64,000 nucleotides of DNA, taken from positions 18,182 through 82,181 of the forward strand of contig JAZSIK010000055.1 in NCBI GenBank assembly GCA_045533775.1. The letters run 5' to 3'. Source of the stretch: Eubacteriales bacterium. GTDB lineage: Bacteria > Bacillota > Clostridia > Oscillospirales > CAG-272. Positions 1 to 9,447 of the stretch are shown here, one piece after another. The position numbers were made by a program, and so were the translations under genes. The notes beneath the pieces were generated by a model that was not told the DNA's origin, did no database searches, and saw only the letters and a program-made list of their open reading frames with translations. Every line of letters starts with the position of its first letter. Position 1 is the first letter of the stretch.

Positions 1-2
1 TG

Positions 3-155
3 TGGTGCGGCGACGAGGAGTGCGAGGACAAGGTTAAGGAGCTTACCGGTGTTGGCTCCCGTTGTATCCCTATGGAGCAGGAAAACCTCTCCGACAAGTG
101 CGTATGCTGCGGCAGAGCTGCCAAGAAGCTTGTATACTGGGGCAAAGCATATTAA
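3..155 (+). CDS. proS: prolyl-tRNA synthetase, C-terminal end (partial, open at window start)
   Basis: Translation ends [50 protein letters not shown]. This is the Cys-rich C-terminal tail typical of archaeal/Firmicute-type ProRS. Confidence 0.7.
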   Translation, partial: WCGDEECEDKVKELTGVGSRCIPMEQENLSDKCVCCGRAAKKLVYWGKAY

Positions 156-194
156 TTGAATCAGACCGAATAACACATAAAGGAGGTGGCAGAG

Positions 195-983
195 ATGGAA
201 AACGAAGTGAATATTATGACCTTCCGTGCGTCTGACGGCAATACGGTAAAACTTGAGCATCACGACTCTCTGCCATCTGTTGCCGCTCTCGCAAGAGAGT
301 ATGCAAGGTCGGGATACCCGGACAGATACGTGGTATTTGCCGAGAGTCAGACCGATGACTCTGCTGTCGGTCACAGCGTTTCGGAGGCAACTCCCGAGCG
401 CGGTTTATTTATCTCCTGTATACTTCGTCCATCTATCTTCCCCTCCCAGGCGGGATGTATCAGTGCGTTGAGTGCGGTGGCGCTTGCCTCTGCTCTTGAG
501 GAGCATACGATGCAGAAGATTGGAATCGGATGGGTCAGCGATGTATACTGCGGTGGCAAGCGGATCGGACACACCTCGGTGGAGGGCAAGCTGGACAGCT
601 TTGCATCCTATGAATATCTCATTGTCAGCTTTGCGGTAAGACTTGATAAAAAAAGCTTTACCCCCCGACTGACCGATATGGTAAGACAGGTGTTTGAGGA
701 CGGAAATCTCTCTATCCCTACCCTGATGGCAAAAACGGTGATAAACAGATTCTTTGCAATTTATCGCGAGATAAAGGCACCTGCAAAGCATCTTAACCAC
801 TACTCAGAGAGATTTATTCTGACCGACAAGAAAATCAAGCTTATTGAAAACGGAAAGAAAAAGACCGTCAAGGTTCTGGGCATTAACAAAAGCAGCCTTG
901 CTCTGACGGTTGAGACCAGAGACGGCAGAACGGTTGACGTTACATCCCCCTCCTCGGTTATTCTTCCCACTATAATCAAATAA
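195..983 (+). CDS. BirA-like biotin/lipoate protein ligase (BPL/LPL) family protein, apparently degenerate
   Basis: AGGAGG lies 8 nt upstream of the ATG at 195. The core GLFISCILRP...IGIGWVSDVYCGGKRIGHTSVEG aligns by eye to the BirA catalytic core. The GRGRxGRxW loop and the KWPND lysine are absent. Confidence 0.5.
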   Translation: MENEVNIMTFRASDGNTVKLEHHDSLPSVAALAREYARSGYPDRYVVFAESQTDDSAVGHSVSEATPERGLFISCILRPSIFPSQAGCISALSAVALASALEEHTMQKIGIGWVSDVYCGGKRIGHTSVEGKLDSFASYEYLIVSFAVRLDKKSFTPRLTDMVRQVFEDGNLSIPTLMAKTVINRFFAIYREIKAPAKHLNHYSERFILTDKKIKLIENGKKKTVKVLGINKSSLALTVETRDGRTVDVTSPSSVILPTIIK

Positions 984-1082
984 ATAACCTCCCGTAGGAT
1001 AGATTTACTTCTGTGACTGCGGGAGTTATTTTTTTATCTCCGATCTGCTACAATTGTATAGAAAGTCTGTTTCGGAGGAAAT

Positions 1083-1760
1083 ATGAAAACCGTAAAAATA
1101 CGAAAGTATACTTTGGGTGTCTTACGCAAGCTTTCACAGGTTCTGCCTGTGTTTTTCTGGGGATTTTTGATTTTTAGCTTTGAGGAGCCGATGCTCGCCA
1201 TCATAACAATAGTGGCGGCGATAGTCCACGAGGGCGGTCATATTTTCTGCATTTTATGGCAGAGGGGCAAAATAAATCTGCGTGGTGTTCTGTCGGGCTT
1301 CAGAATAAAGTCGGGAGGTGTAACCACCTATCGCGGTGAAATACTAACCTACCTGAGCGGGCCTCTCGCCAACCTGATTCTTGCTACCCTGTCGGCTCTC
1401 TTTATCCCGACTTGCGGTGATGTGGCGGCATATATATCGCTCACCAATTTTGCCACTGCTCTGTCAAATCTTCTGCCAATAAAGGGATACGACGGATACG
1501 GGATTTTGCGTGCCGTTCTGCAAAAATACGAGCTGTCCGAGCGAGTGCTTCACTTATCGGAATGTCTCTCGGGAGGGGCGACCTTCCTGTTCTGCTTGAT
1601 TTCGCTGTATCTTATTGACCGCATAGGCGGCGGATACTGGATTTTTGCAGTCTTTTTCTTCTCTATGATAGGCTGTATAAATGATGATATAAACAGGAGA
1701 TTTTCCCACGATTTATCAGACAAACGCTTGATTTTGGGCGCAAAATCAAAAAAAAGATAA
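1083..1760 (+). CDS. polytopic membrane protein with HExxH (VHEGGH), M50/site-2-protease-like
   Basis: GGAGG RBS. Several hydrophobic segments. The HEGGH motif lies in a TM helix. Confidence 0.55.
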   Translation: MKTVKIRKYTLGVLRKLSQVLPVFFWGFLIFSFEEPMLAIITIVAAIVHEGGHIFCILWQRGKINLRGVLSGFRIKSGGVTTYRGEILTYLSGPLANLILATLSALFIPTCGDVAAYISLTNFATALSNLLPIKGYDGYGILRAVLQKYELSERVLHLSECLSGGATFLFCLISLYLIDRIGGGYWIFAVFFFSMIGCINDDINRRFSHDLSDKRLILGAKSKKR

Positions 1761-1900
1761 TAAATTATTAAAAAAGTATTGAAAAGAAGAAATGTTTTTG
1801 ATATAATTAACGCTGTCAAGCTATTGACTCATTACGAGTTAACCTGACAAATAAAGACACCATCTGTGTGTCTCGGGAAAGGATCTGAGATTTTAAGAAA

Positions 1901-3019
1901 ATGGCAAAGCTCATTGAGTTGAAAGGAATTTCAAAATCTTACGACGGCGAAAAGGTTATAGACGGTATGAACCTTTACATACGCGACGGTGAGTTTATCA
2001 CCCTGCTTGGTCCGTCTGGATGTGGTAAGACCACCACCCTAAGAATAATAGGCGGCTTTGAAACCGCAGACGAGGGATCTCTCTACTTTGACGGAGTTGA
2101 AATCAGCGAGGTTCCTGCCTATAAGAGGCATATCAATACCGTATTCCAGAAATATGCCCTGTTCCCTCACCTTAATGTATACGAAAATATCGCATTCCCC
2201 CTCAGACTCAAGAAAAAGCCTGAGGATGATATAAAAAAACGTGTTACAGAAATGCTGAAAATGGTTGCGCTCTCCGGCTTTGAGAACAAGAGTGTCAGCA
2301 CTCTTTCGGGCGGTCAGCAGCAGCGTGTTGCTATTGCAAGAGCGCTGATTTCTCACCCCAAGGTGCTGACTCTTGCCGAGCCTCTCGGTGCACTTGACCT
2401 TATGCTGCGCAAGGATATGCAGAACGAGCTCAAGACCATCCAGCAGGCTATCGGAATTACCTTTATCTATGTTACACACGATCAGGAGGAGGCTCTCTCT
2501 ATGTCAGACACCATAGTTGTTATGGCTGACGGTGAGATCCAGCAGATAGGCACCCCCACCGATATTTATAACGAGCCCAAGAACGCCTTTGTTGCTGACT
2601 TTATCGGCGAGAGTAATATCATTGACGGCGTTATGCTTGAGGACAGACGCGTGCGCTTCTCCTCTCATACCTTTGACTGTGTTGACGGCGGATACGATAA
2701 GAACGAGGCTGTTGACGTCGTAGTCCGTCCCGAGGACGTAGATGTGGTTGAGCCCGAAAAGGGTATGCTCATCGGTAAGGTTACCAGCGTTACCTTCAAG
2801 GGTGTACACTATGAGATCATCGTAGATATCAAGGGCTTCAAGTGGATGATCCAGTCTACCGACTATGTTGCTCCCGAGGCTACTATCGGTCTATTCATTG
2901 AGCCCGAGGCCATTCATATTATGAAGAAGTCTAAGTATTCGGGCAAGTTCGGTGACTATTCTTCCTTCTCGGACGAGCTTGACCAGCTTTCGGATGCGGA
3001 TACCGCAGAGGAGTTCTGA
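1901..3019 (+). CDS. potA: spermidine/putrescine ABC transporter ATP-binding protein
   Basis: Walker [10 protein letters not shown], signature [15 protein letters not shown]-loop VTHDQEEA and a PotA-type C-terminal regulatory domain. Walker B reads VLTLAE rather than hhhhDE. Confidence 0.9.
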   Translation: MAKLIELKGISKSYDGEKVIDGMNLYIRDGEFITLLGPSGCGKTTTLRIIGGFETADEGSLYFDGVEISEVPAYKRHINTVFQKYALFPHLNVYENIAFPLRLKKKPEDDIKKRVTEMLKMVALSGFENKSVSTLSGGQQQRVAIARALISHPKVLTLAEPLGALDLMLRKDMQNELKTIQQAIGITFIYVTHDQEEALSMSDTIVVMADGEIQQIGTPTDIYNEPKNAFVADFIGESNIIDGVMLEDRRVRFSSHTFDCVDGGYDKNEAVDVVVRPEDVDVVEPEKGMLIGKVTSVTFKGVHYEIIVDIKGFKWMIQSTDYVAPEATIGLFIEPEAIHIMKKSKYSGKFGDYSSFSDELDQLSDADTAEEF

Positions 3020-3834
3020 TGATGAAGAAGAAGCGTTCCGTTATGCATTCAATAGCGGCAGCGCCCCATATTTTCTGGGCTATACTCTTTATTGTTCTGC
3101 CGCTTATCATAGTAGTTTACTATGCCTTTACGGATGATACGGGAGCGTTTACACTTGATAACATCCTCTCGCTTGAGGATTACGTTCCCATATTCATACT
3201 CTCGCTTGAGCTATCTGTAATTGCAACCTTCATTTGTCTTTTGGTAGGCTATCCTCTTGCATATATTATGGCCAGGGCTAAGCCTGAGCATCAGAAGATC
3301 TTTGTTATGCTCCTTATGCTCCCCATGTGGACAAACCTGCTTATCAGAACCTACTCTATAATGGCTATCCTTGACGACGGCGGTCTGCTTAATACCATTC
3401 TCGGTACATCTATGCATATCGTCGGCACCAAGGGTGCGGTTATTTTCGGTATGGTTTACGACTTCCTGCCCTATATGGTGCTGCCTATCTACACCTGTAT
3501 CTCAAAGATAGACAAGCATATGTGGGAGGCCGCCAGCGACCTTGGCTGCAGCACCGCTCAGGTTATCACCAAGGTTATCTTCCCCCTGTCTATGTCGGGC
3601 GTTATCTCCGGCGTAACGATGGTTCTCGTGCCCTCTATCAGCACCTTCTATATTTCTCAGAAGCTTGGCGGAGGTACGTTTGAGCTTATCGGTGATACTA
3701 TTGAAAGACAGTTTGTCACCGGAGCATATAATGTGGGCGGAGCTATCTCGCTGGTTATGATGATACTGATACTTATTTCCATCGGAGTAATGAACAGATT
3801 CTCCGAGGAGGATGAGGGAGGTATAATCATATGA
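3019..3834 (+). CDS. potB: spermidine/putrescine ABC transporter permease
   Basis: Start overlaps the potA stop. Polytopic, with an EAA-type loop (EAASDLGCS). Confidence 0.85.
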   Translation: MMKKKRSVMHSIAAAPHIFWAILFIVLPLIIVVYYAFTDDTGAFTLDNILSLEDYVPIFILSLELSVIATFICLLVGYPLAYIMARAKPEHQKIFVMLLMLPMWTNLLIRTYSIMAILDDGGLLNTILGTSMHIVGTKGAVIFGMVYDFLPYMVLPIYTCISKIDKHMWEAASDLGCSTAQVITKVIFPLSMSGVISGVTMVLVPSISTFYISQKLGGGTFELIGDTIERQFVTGAYNVGGAISLVMMILILISIGVMNRFSEEDEGGIII

Positions 3835-4658
3835 AAAAATACGCCTCCAGAATATACCTTTGCATTGTTTTCGCCATTCTGTATATTCCTATACTTACGC
3901 TTATGCTCTTCTCCTTTAACAGCAGCGAGAGCACGGCTACCTTCACAGGCTTCAGCCTTGATTGGTATATAAAGCTGTTTAATGACGAAAATGCATTTAT
4001 CGCGCTCAGAAACACCCTTATTCTCGCGGTGTCCTCCTCCCTGCTCTCTACCGTTATCGGTACTGCGGCTGCCGAGGGCATCTACCGTATGAGATCAAAG
4101 TGGCTGAAGAACGCTGTTAACTCGGTGACTAATATCCCTATGATGAACCCCGATATTGTTACCGGTGTCTCCTTTATGCTGTTCTTCGCGGCGCTGGTGG
4201 GTCTGCTCAGCATTGACGACTATGATTCTATCGGCTTTGCTGCTATGCTTATCGCCCACACCACCTTCTGTCTGCCCTATGTCATTCTCTCGGTTCTGCC
4301 CAGAATCAACGAGCTTGGTGATTCGCTGACAGAGGCGGCTCTTGACCTGGGCTGTACTCCCGTACAGGCATTCTTTAAGGTTAAGCTGCCTAACATTCTG
4401 CCCGGCGTTCTCTCGGGTCTTGTTATGGCATTTACTCTTTCTCTTGACGACTTTGTTATTTCCTATTTCGTCAGTCCCTCTAATTTCCAGACTCTTCCCC
4501 TGCTCATATATTCTATGACCAAGAAGACTGTAAAGCCTGATATGTACGCACTCTCTACTATTATCATCATCACGGTATTTACACTTCTCATCATATCCAA
4601 TGTAAAGAGCTTCAGAAAGAGCGGTAATCAAAGACAGAAAAAGGGAGGTAAGGCATAA
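3831..4658 (+). CDS. potC: spermidine/putrescine ABC transporter permease
   Basis: 4-bp overlap with potB. EAA loop (EAALDLGCT). Confidence 0.85.
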   Translation: MKKYASRIYLCIVFAILYIPILTLMLFSFNSSESTATFTGFSLDWYIKLFNDENAFIALRNTLILAVSSSLLSTVIGTAAAEGIYRMRSKWLKNAVNSVTNIPMMNPDIVTGVSFMLFFAALVGLLSIDDYDSIGFAAMLIAHTTFCLPYVILSVLPRINELGDSLTEAALDLGCTPVQAFFKVKLPNILPGVLSGLVMAFTLSLDDFVISYFVSPSNFQTLPLLIYSMTKKTVKPDMYALSTIIIITVFTLLIISNVKSFRKSGNQRQKKGGKA

Positions 4659-5995
4659 TGAAAAAGATCAGATCAATTGCCCTGCTCCTTTTTGTCGCCC
4701 TGCTCGCCCTGTCGCTTATCTCCTGTGAGGAGTCGGAGGGTGAGATCAAGAAGAACTATCCTACCAAGACGATCAACGTGTACAACTGGGGCGAGTATAT
4801 CTCCGACGAGGATGACGAGGAATACGGTCTCTTTGATGTAAACTCCGGCTTTGAGGAATACTTCAACGAAAATCTTGCCGATAAATACGGCTGTTATATC
4901 AGCGTAAACTATTCTACCTATGCGACAAACGAGGATATGTACGCAAAGATAACGAACAGTGCTGTGGCGTACGATGTGATTATTCCCTCCGACTATATGA
5001 TCCAGAAAATGATCGCGAACGATCTGCTTGTTGAGCTGGACTATTCCCTGCTCTCAAACTACGGCAATATCAACGAGGACTTCAAGGGGCTGTATTATGA
5101 TGAGGATAACAAGTATTCTGTCCCCTATACCTACGGTATGCTTGGCGTTATCTACAACGCCGAGTTCGTTGACGAGGAGGATGTGGCAAACGAGAGCTGG
5201 GGCCTGCTCTGGAATGAAAAATACAAGGGCAAGATCCTTCAGTTTAATAACCCCCGCGACGCCTTCGGTACTGCTATGTACTGGAAAAATCTGGATATTA
5301 ACTCCTCCGATCCTGCCGTATGGGGTACGGCGCTTGATATGCTCAAGGAGCAGAAGCCTCTGCTGCAGGGATATGTAAACGACGAGATCTTCAACAAAAT
5401 GAAGGGCGCGTCGGCATATATTGCCCCCTACTTCGCGGGTGACTTCCTCACTATGGCGGCAGAGAACGAGGATCTTAATTTCTACTACCCCACCGAGGGA
5501 ACAAACTACTTCGTAGACGCTATGTGTATACCTACCACCTCAAAGAATGTGGAGCTTGCGCACACATATATTGACTATATGATCTCTCTTGAGGCGGCTA
5601 CGGCAAACGCACTTTATATCGGCTATGCATCCCCCAACAAGGCAGTTACCGAGAGCGACTACTACCGCGAAATGCTGGCGGAAAACTATGACACCGATTA
5701 TATAAGTGCGTGGGATGTTCTCTACAGCAAGGATAAAAACGAGGCAAATGTTAACTACTCCTTCAATCCCGCATACAAGGATTTCTATAAGGATGATACC
5801 GTTGACATTCAGCTCACCGTAAATGCTCTCTGGGAGGAGCTTAAAACTGAGAATGCAACCGAGCTGTGGGTGCATATTACCAGTATTGCGATCGTTGTCG
5901 GTGTTCTTGTGATAGCTATCTATGATATTTATATCAAGAAAAAGCGCTCAAGAGATTACCGCCTCAGAGATAAGGCTAAGAAAAAGAAAGCATAA
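4658..5995 (+). CDS. potD: polyamine-binding lipoprotein (PotD-like) with an extra C-terminal TM anchor
   Basis: Lipobox LSLISC. PotD-like body (NVYNWGEYI, IPSDYM). C-terminal hydrophobic helix ITSIAIVVGVLVIAIYDIYI followed by a basic tail. Confidence 0.8.
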   Translation: MKKIRSIALLLFVALLALSLISCEESEGEIKKNYPTKTINVYNWGEYISDEDDEEYGLFDVNSGFEEYFNENLADKYGCYISVNYSTYATNEDMYAKITNSAVAYDVIIPSDYMIQKMIANDLLVELDYSLLSNYGNINEDFKGLYYDEDNKYSVPYTYGMLGVIYNAEFVDEEDVANESWGLLWNEKYKGKILQFNNPRDAFGTAMYWKNLDINSSDPAVWGTALDMLKEQKPLLQGYVNDEIFNKMKGASAYIAPYFAGDFLTMAAENEDLNFYYPTEGTNYFVDAMCIPTTSKNVELAHTYIDYMISLEAATANALYIGYASPNKAVTESDYYREMLAENYDTDYISAWDVLYSKDKNEANVNYSFNPAYKDFYKDDTVDIQLTVNALWEELKTENATELWVHITSIAIVVGVLVIAIYDIYIKKKRSRDYRLRDKAKKKKA

Positions 5996-6001
5996 AAAAA
6001 A

Positions 6002-6030
6002 ATGGCGCGGCATTGCCGCGTCATTTTTTA
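6002..6030. terminator. bidirectional intrinsic terminator (potD / radical SAM gene)
   Basis: GC hairpin cgcggc-att-gccgcg flanked by an A-run and a T-run. Confidence 0.6.
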
Positions 6031-6921
6031 TACACCCGTAAGGTCAAAGGGAGGGATAAAGCTCTCCTCTGCCGTTCCGAAATCCTGTGTAAAGCCATTT
6101 TTCAGGCCGATCCTCTCGGCGTAATCAACCAGCTGCGCATACTCCTCTCGGGTGACCGGTCGGTCAAGGGGTGGGTTCATTCCACCTATGGGAGTATACT
6201 GATTCATAAGGCTTACATATATAGAATCTCCGTAGGTATCATAGAGATATTTCAGCGAAAGCTTTGCCTCGGCAACATGACCGGGCAATAGCAAAAGTCG
6301 TACGATCACTCCTCTCTGCATTATTCCGCAGTCATCAAGAACGGGAGGGCCAACCTGTCTTACCATCTCTGCGATAGCCCTCCTTGCAACCTCGGGGTAA
6401 TCTGCCGCAGATGAAAGCTCTGCCCCGCTCTTTGCGGTATAATACTTAAGGTCGGGAAGATAAATGTCCACAAGTCCGTCAAGAAGCCTCAGAGCAGACT
6501 CGTTATCATAGCTGCCCGTGTTATATACTATGGGCAGTGTCAAGCCGGACTTTTTGGCCAGGACTATGGCCTCGGCAACCGAAGGAATAAAGTGGGTAGG
6601 AGTGACAAGATTTATGTTGTGCGCCCCCTGGCGCCCAAGCTCCAGCATTATCTCTGACAAACGCTCTGTTGCAACAGCCTTTCCGCTTCTGCCTCGTGAT
6701 ATATCCTGATTTTGGCAAAAAACACAGGAGAGCGAGCATCCCGAGAAAAATATCGTACCCGAGCCTCTCTCGCCTGAAATGGGCGGTTCCTCCCAGAAAT
6801 GAAGGGCGGCGCGGGAGAGGTAAACATCCGAGCCCATTCGGCAATATCCCTGTGTCTTTGTTCTGTCCACGCCGCAATTTCTCGCGCACAGACGGCACTC
6901 TGTATACTGTGAAATACTCAT
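6028..6921 (-). CDS. radical SAM protein, PflA/PflX-like activase family
   Basis: N-terminal CRLCARNCGVDR...GYC cluster plus a CSLSCVFCQN radical-SAM CxxxCxxC motif. Confidence 0.75.
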   Translation of the reverse strand: MSISQYTECRLCARNCGVDRTKTQGYCRMGSDVYLSRAALHFWEEPPISGERGSGTIFFSGCSLSCVFCQNQDISRGRSGKAVATERLSEIMLELGRQGAHNINLVTPTHFIPSVAEAIVLAKKSGLTLPIVYNTGSYDNESALRLLDGLVDIYLPDLKYYTAKSGAELSSAADYPEVARRAIAEMVRQVGPPVLDDCGIMQRGVIVRLLLLPGHVAEAKLSLKYLYDTYGDSIYVSLMNQYTPIGGMNPPLDRPVTREEYAQLVDYAERIGLKNGFTQDFGTAEESFIPPFDLTGV

Positions 6922-7000
6922 TTTACCTCCATTTTCATTTGCTTATTGACATAATCTGTAATTTATGATAGAATATATAAAAACCTTTTAGGAGCTTATT

Positions 7001-7486
7001 ATGGATAAGAGAAAAGACTATATATCCTGGGACGAATACTTTATGGGAGTCGCTATTCTCGCCTCTCAGAGATCAAAGGATCCCGGCACCCAGGTGGGTG
7101 CCTGCATAATTGACAAGGACAACCGCATACTCTCCACCGGATACAACGGCTTCCCCAAGGGCTGCTCAGACGACGAGTTTCCCTGGAACAGAGATGAGGC
7201 TGTCGGTGATACAAAGTATCAGTATGTTGTTCACGCAGAGCTGAACGCTATACTCAACGCCAGCGGAAAGAGTCTGGCGGGTGCTACGGTTTATGTCTGT
7301 CTCTTCCCCTGTCACGAGTGTGCGAAGGCTATAATTCAGTCGGGCATCAAGGAGGTTATCTACCTCTCTGATAAGTACCACGAGACCTCCTCTATGGGCG
7401 CATCAAGAAGGATGCTTGACGCGGCGGGAGTAAAGTACAGACAGCTCAAGCCCACCAAGGCAAGCCTGCTCATTAATTTTAACTGA
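7001..7486 (+). CDS. dCMP deaminase (ComEB-type cytidine/deoxycytidylate deaminase)
   Basis: HAELNAI and PCHECAKAI zinc-binding motifs. Confidence 0.85.
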   Translation: MDKRKDYISWDEYFMGVAILASQRSKDPGTQVGACIIDKDNRILSTGYNGFPKGCSDDEFPWNRDEAVGDTKYQYVVHAELNAILNASGKSLAGATVYVCLFPCHECAKAIIQSGIKEVIYLSDKYHETSSMGASRRMLDAAGVKYRQLKPTKASLLINFN

Positions 7487-7523
7487 TTTTTTTGGGTGTT
7501 GCGTGTGCAACACCCTTTTTTTT
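7487..7523. terminator. bidirectional intrinsic terminator
   Basis: gggtgttgc-gtgt-gcaacaccc stem flanked by T-runs on both strands. Confidence 0.7.
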
Positions 7524-8661
7524 ATTTCAGAAAATACCTCTTTATACTGTCAAGATCGGTGGAAAAGCTGCCCTGTATCATACCGGGACGGCCACCGCCT
7601 CTACCGCAGAGAGCGGTATTGATATCCTTAGATATAGCGCTTAGGTTTACCGAATGAGAGGAAATGACATATTTATAATCCCCGTCTGCTCCGGAAAGAG
7701 CAACCGTAATGCCGCCCACCTTATGATTTGCAATATTTGAAAAGACGATCAGCTCGGGAATTGTAAAATCGGGATAAAGGAATACCGCAGAGCCATCAGT
7801 ATGGGCAACCGAATCCCCTGCTCCCTCTGCCAATCTGAGCCTCGCCTCCTTCAGCGCAGCTCTCACAGCATCAGTATCAGCCATATAGCTCTCAAGGGTA
7901 TCTGCCACCTCTGTTTGAGGAGCGCAGAGCATGGCGGATATGCGCTTAACACTGTCATACCTTGCTCGGTAATCCAGAAGAGCACGTCTGCCTGCAACCA
8001 TCCATATGCGAGTGCCCCCGCGGTGCTTCATAGAATCAAGTATCTTGATCATACCGATATGCCCGGTTGATGACACATGGGGAGCACAGCAGGCGCAGAT
8101 GTCGGTGCCCTCTATATCCACGAGACGAACGCCCTCGGGAATGTCAAGCTTGGAGCGGTATTCAATAGCCAAAAGCTCATCAGAGCTCGGGAAATAAGTC
8201 CTTACCTTAAGGTCGGAGAAAACCGCCTCGTTAGCAAGCTCCTCCACCCTGTTAAGCTGCTCTCGGTCAAGCACGCCGTTTACGTCAAAGGTGACCTCGT
8301 CCTCACCGAGATGAAATCCCACGTTGTCAAGTCCGAAAAGCCTGTGGATTATACCGCATAGAATATGCTCGGCGGTGTGGCATTGCATTTTCTCAAATCT
8401 TCTATCAAAATCTATACTGCACTGCTGCTCCCCGATTGGAGCAATATCGGTTATGTGATGAACGATCCCGTTCTTCTCAAAGACATAGCTTACAGTCGCA
8501 TTACCTATACGGCCCGTGTCGGAGGACTGTCCTCCCTCCTCGGGGAAAAAGGCTGTCCGATCAAGAACTACGTCAAAGCCTCCCTCACACTCGCTGACAG
8601 AGATTACCCGAGCAGAAAAAGAGGATGTATAGGCATTAATATAATATAGCTTTTCGGTCAT
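7522..8661 (-). CDS. alanyl-tRNA editing protein (AlaX-L type)
   Basis: HTAEHIL and CCAPHV zinc/editing motifs of the AlaRS second additional domain. DHHA1-like C-terminus (GGGRPGMIQG). Confidence 0.8.
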   Translation of the reverse strand: MTEKLYYINAYTSSFSARVISVSECEGGFDVVLDRTAFFPEEGGQSSDTGRIGNATVSYVFEKNGIVHHITDIAPIGEQQCSIDFDRRFEKMQCHTAEHILCGIIHRLFGLDNVGFHLGEDEVTFDVNGVLDREQLNRVEELANEAVFSDLKVRTYFPSSDELLAIEYRSKLDIPEGVRLVDIEGTDICACCAPHVSSTGHIGMIKILDSMKHRGGTRIWMVAGRRALLDYRARYDSVKRISAMLCAPQTEVADTLESYMADTDAVRAALKEARLRLAEGAGDSVAHTDGSAVFLYPDFTIPELIVFSNIANHKVGGITVALSGADGDYKYVISSHSVNLSAISKDINTALCGRGGGRPGMIQGSFSTDLDSIKRYFLK

Positions 8662-9332
8662 CTGTACACCTCCGAAGAAAATAGTGACCAGGGATATACC
8701 TCAAGGTCGGGGAGTTTTGCCGCATCAACCCTTTTACCCCCAAGATCAAAGCTGAGTCGGGTAGCAAAGAGCGACGGAGTTTTGGCAGCAAAATCGCGAC
8801 TGCCGTATTTTTTGTCCCCGATCAGCGGCATTTTACGCGAGGAAAACTGGGCTCGTATCTGATGAAATCTGCCTGTTTTCAGCCTTATCTTCACAAGAGA
8901 AATCTCTCTGTCGCCCCGGTTCACTCTGCTGAGAGTGGTATACTCAAGCTCTGCCTCTTTAACGCCCGAGCGTTTTCTGTCGGTGACAAATGACTTGCCG
9001 AGAGTGGCATCCTTATAGAGAAAATCGCGCATAGTACCGCTCTCTGCGTGCCCCTCAACCACGGCATAATATTCCTTGGTCAGCTGTCGGTCAGCCACAA
9101 TGGCAGAAAGAGCCGCCGCGCTTGTCTTATTCCTTGCAAAAACCATAAGTCCTCCCACCACTCTGTCAAGTCGGTGTATAAGGAAAAGGCTATCGCGCTC
9201 GCCTCCCTCCCTCAGCATATCAGCGCAGAGGGTCATAGCATCGGCATCTCCCCCGGGATCAGACTGGGATGGAATGCCCGCGGGCTTATATATGATTACA
9301 TAATCTTTATTTTTTTCAACAATCTCTATCAT
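8658..9332 (-). CDS. RluA-family pseudouridine synthase
   Basis: HRLDRVVGGLMVFARN catalytic Asp motif. 4-bp overlap with the downstream gene. Confidence 0.85.
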   Translation of the reverse strand: MIEIVEKNKDYVIIYKPAGIPSQSDPGGDADAMTLCADMLREGGERDSLFLIHRLDRVVGGLMVFARNKTSAAALSAIVADRQLTKEYYAVVEGHAESGTMRDFLYKDATLGKSFVTDRKRSGVKEAELEYTTLSRVNRGDREISLVKIRLKTGRFHQIRAQFSSRKMPLIGDKKYGSRDFAAKTPSLFATRLSFDLGGKRVDAAKLPDLEVYPWSLFSSEVYR

Positions 9333-9447
9333 ATATCCTCAAAAAAATCGGAGACCAAGCGGTCTCCGATCTGTGTATTTTACGAAAAACAACCTGTAAA
9401 GATATTTTACCACAGTTGTTTTTCTTTTGCAAGTCCTTTTATTCTTT

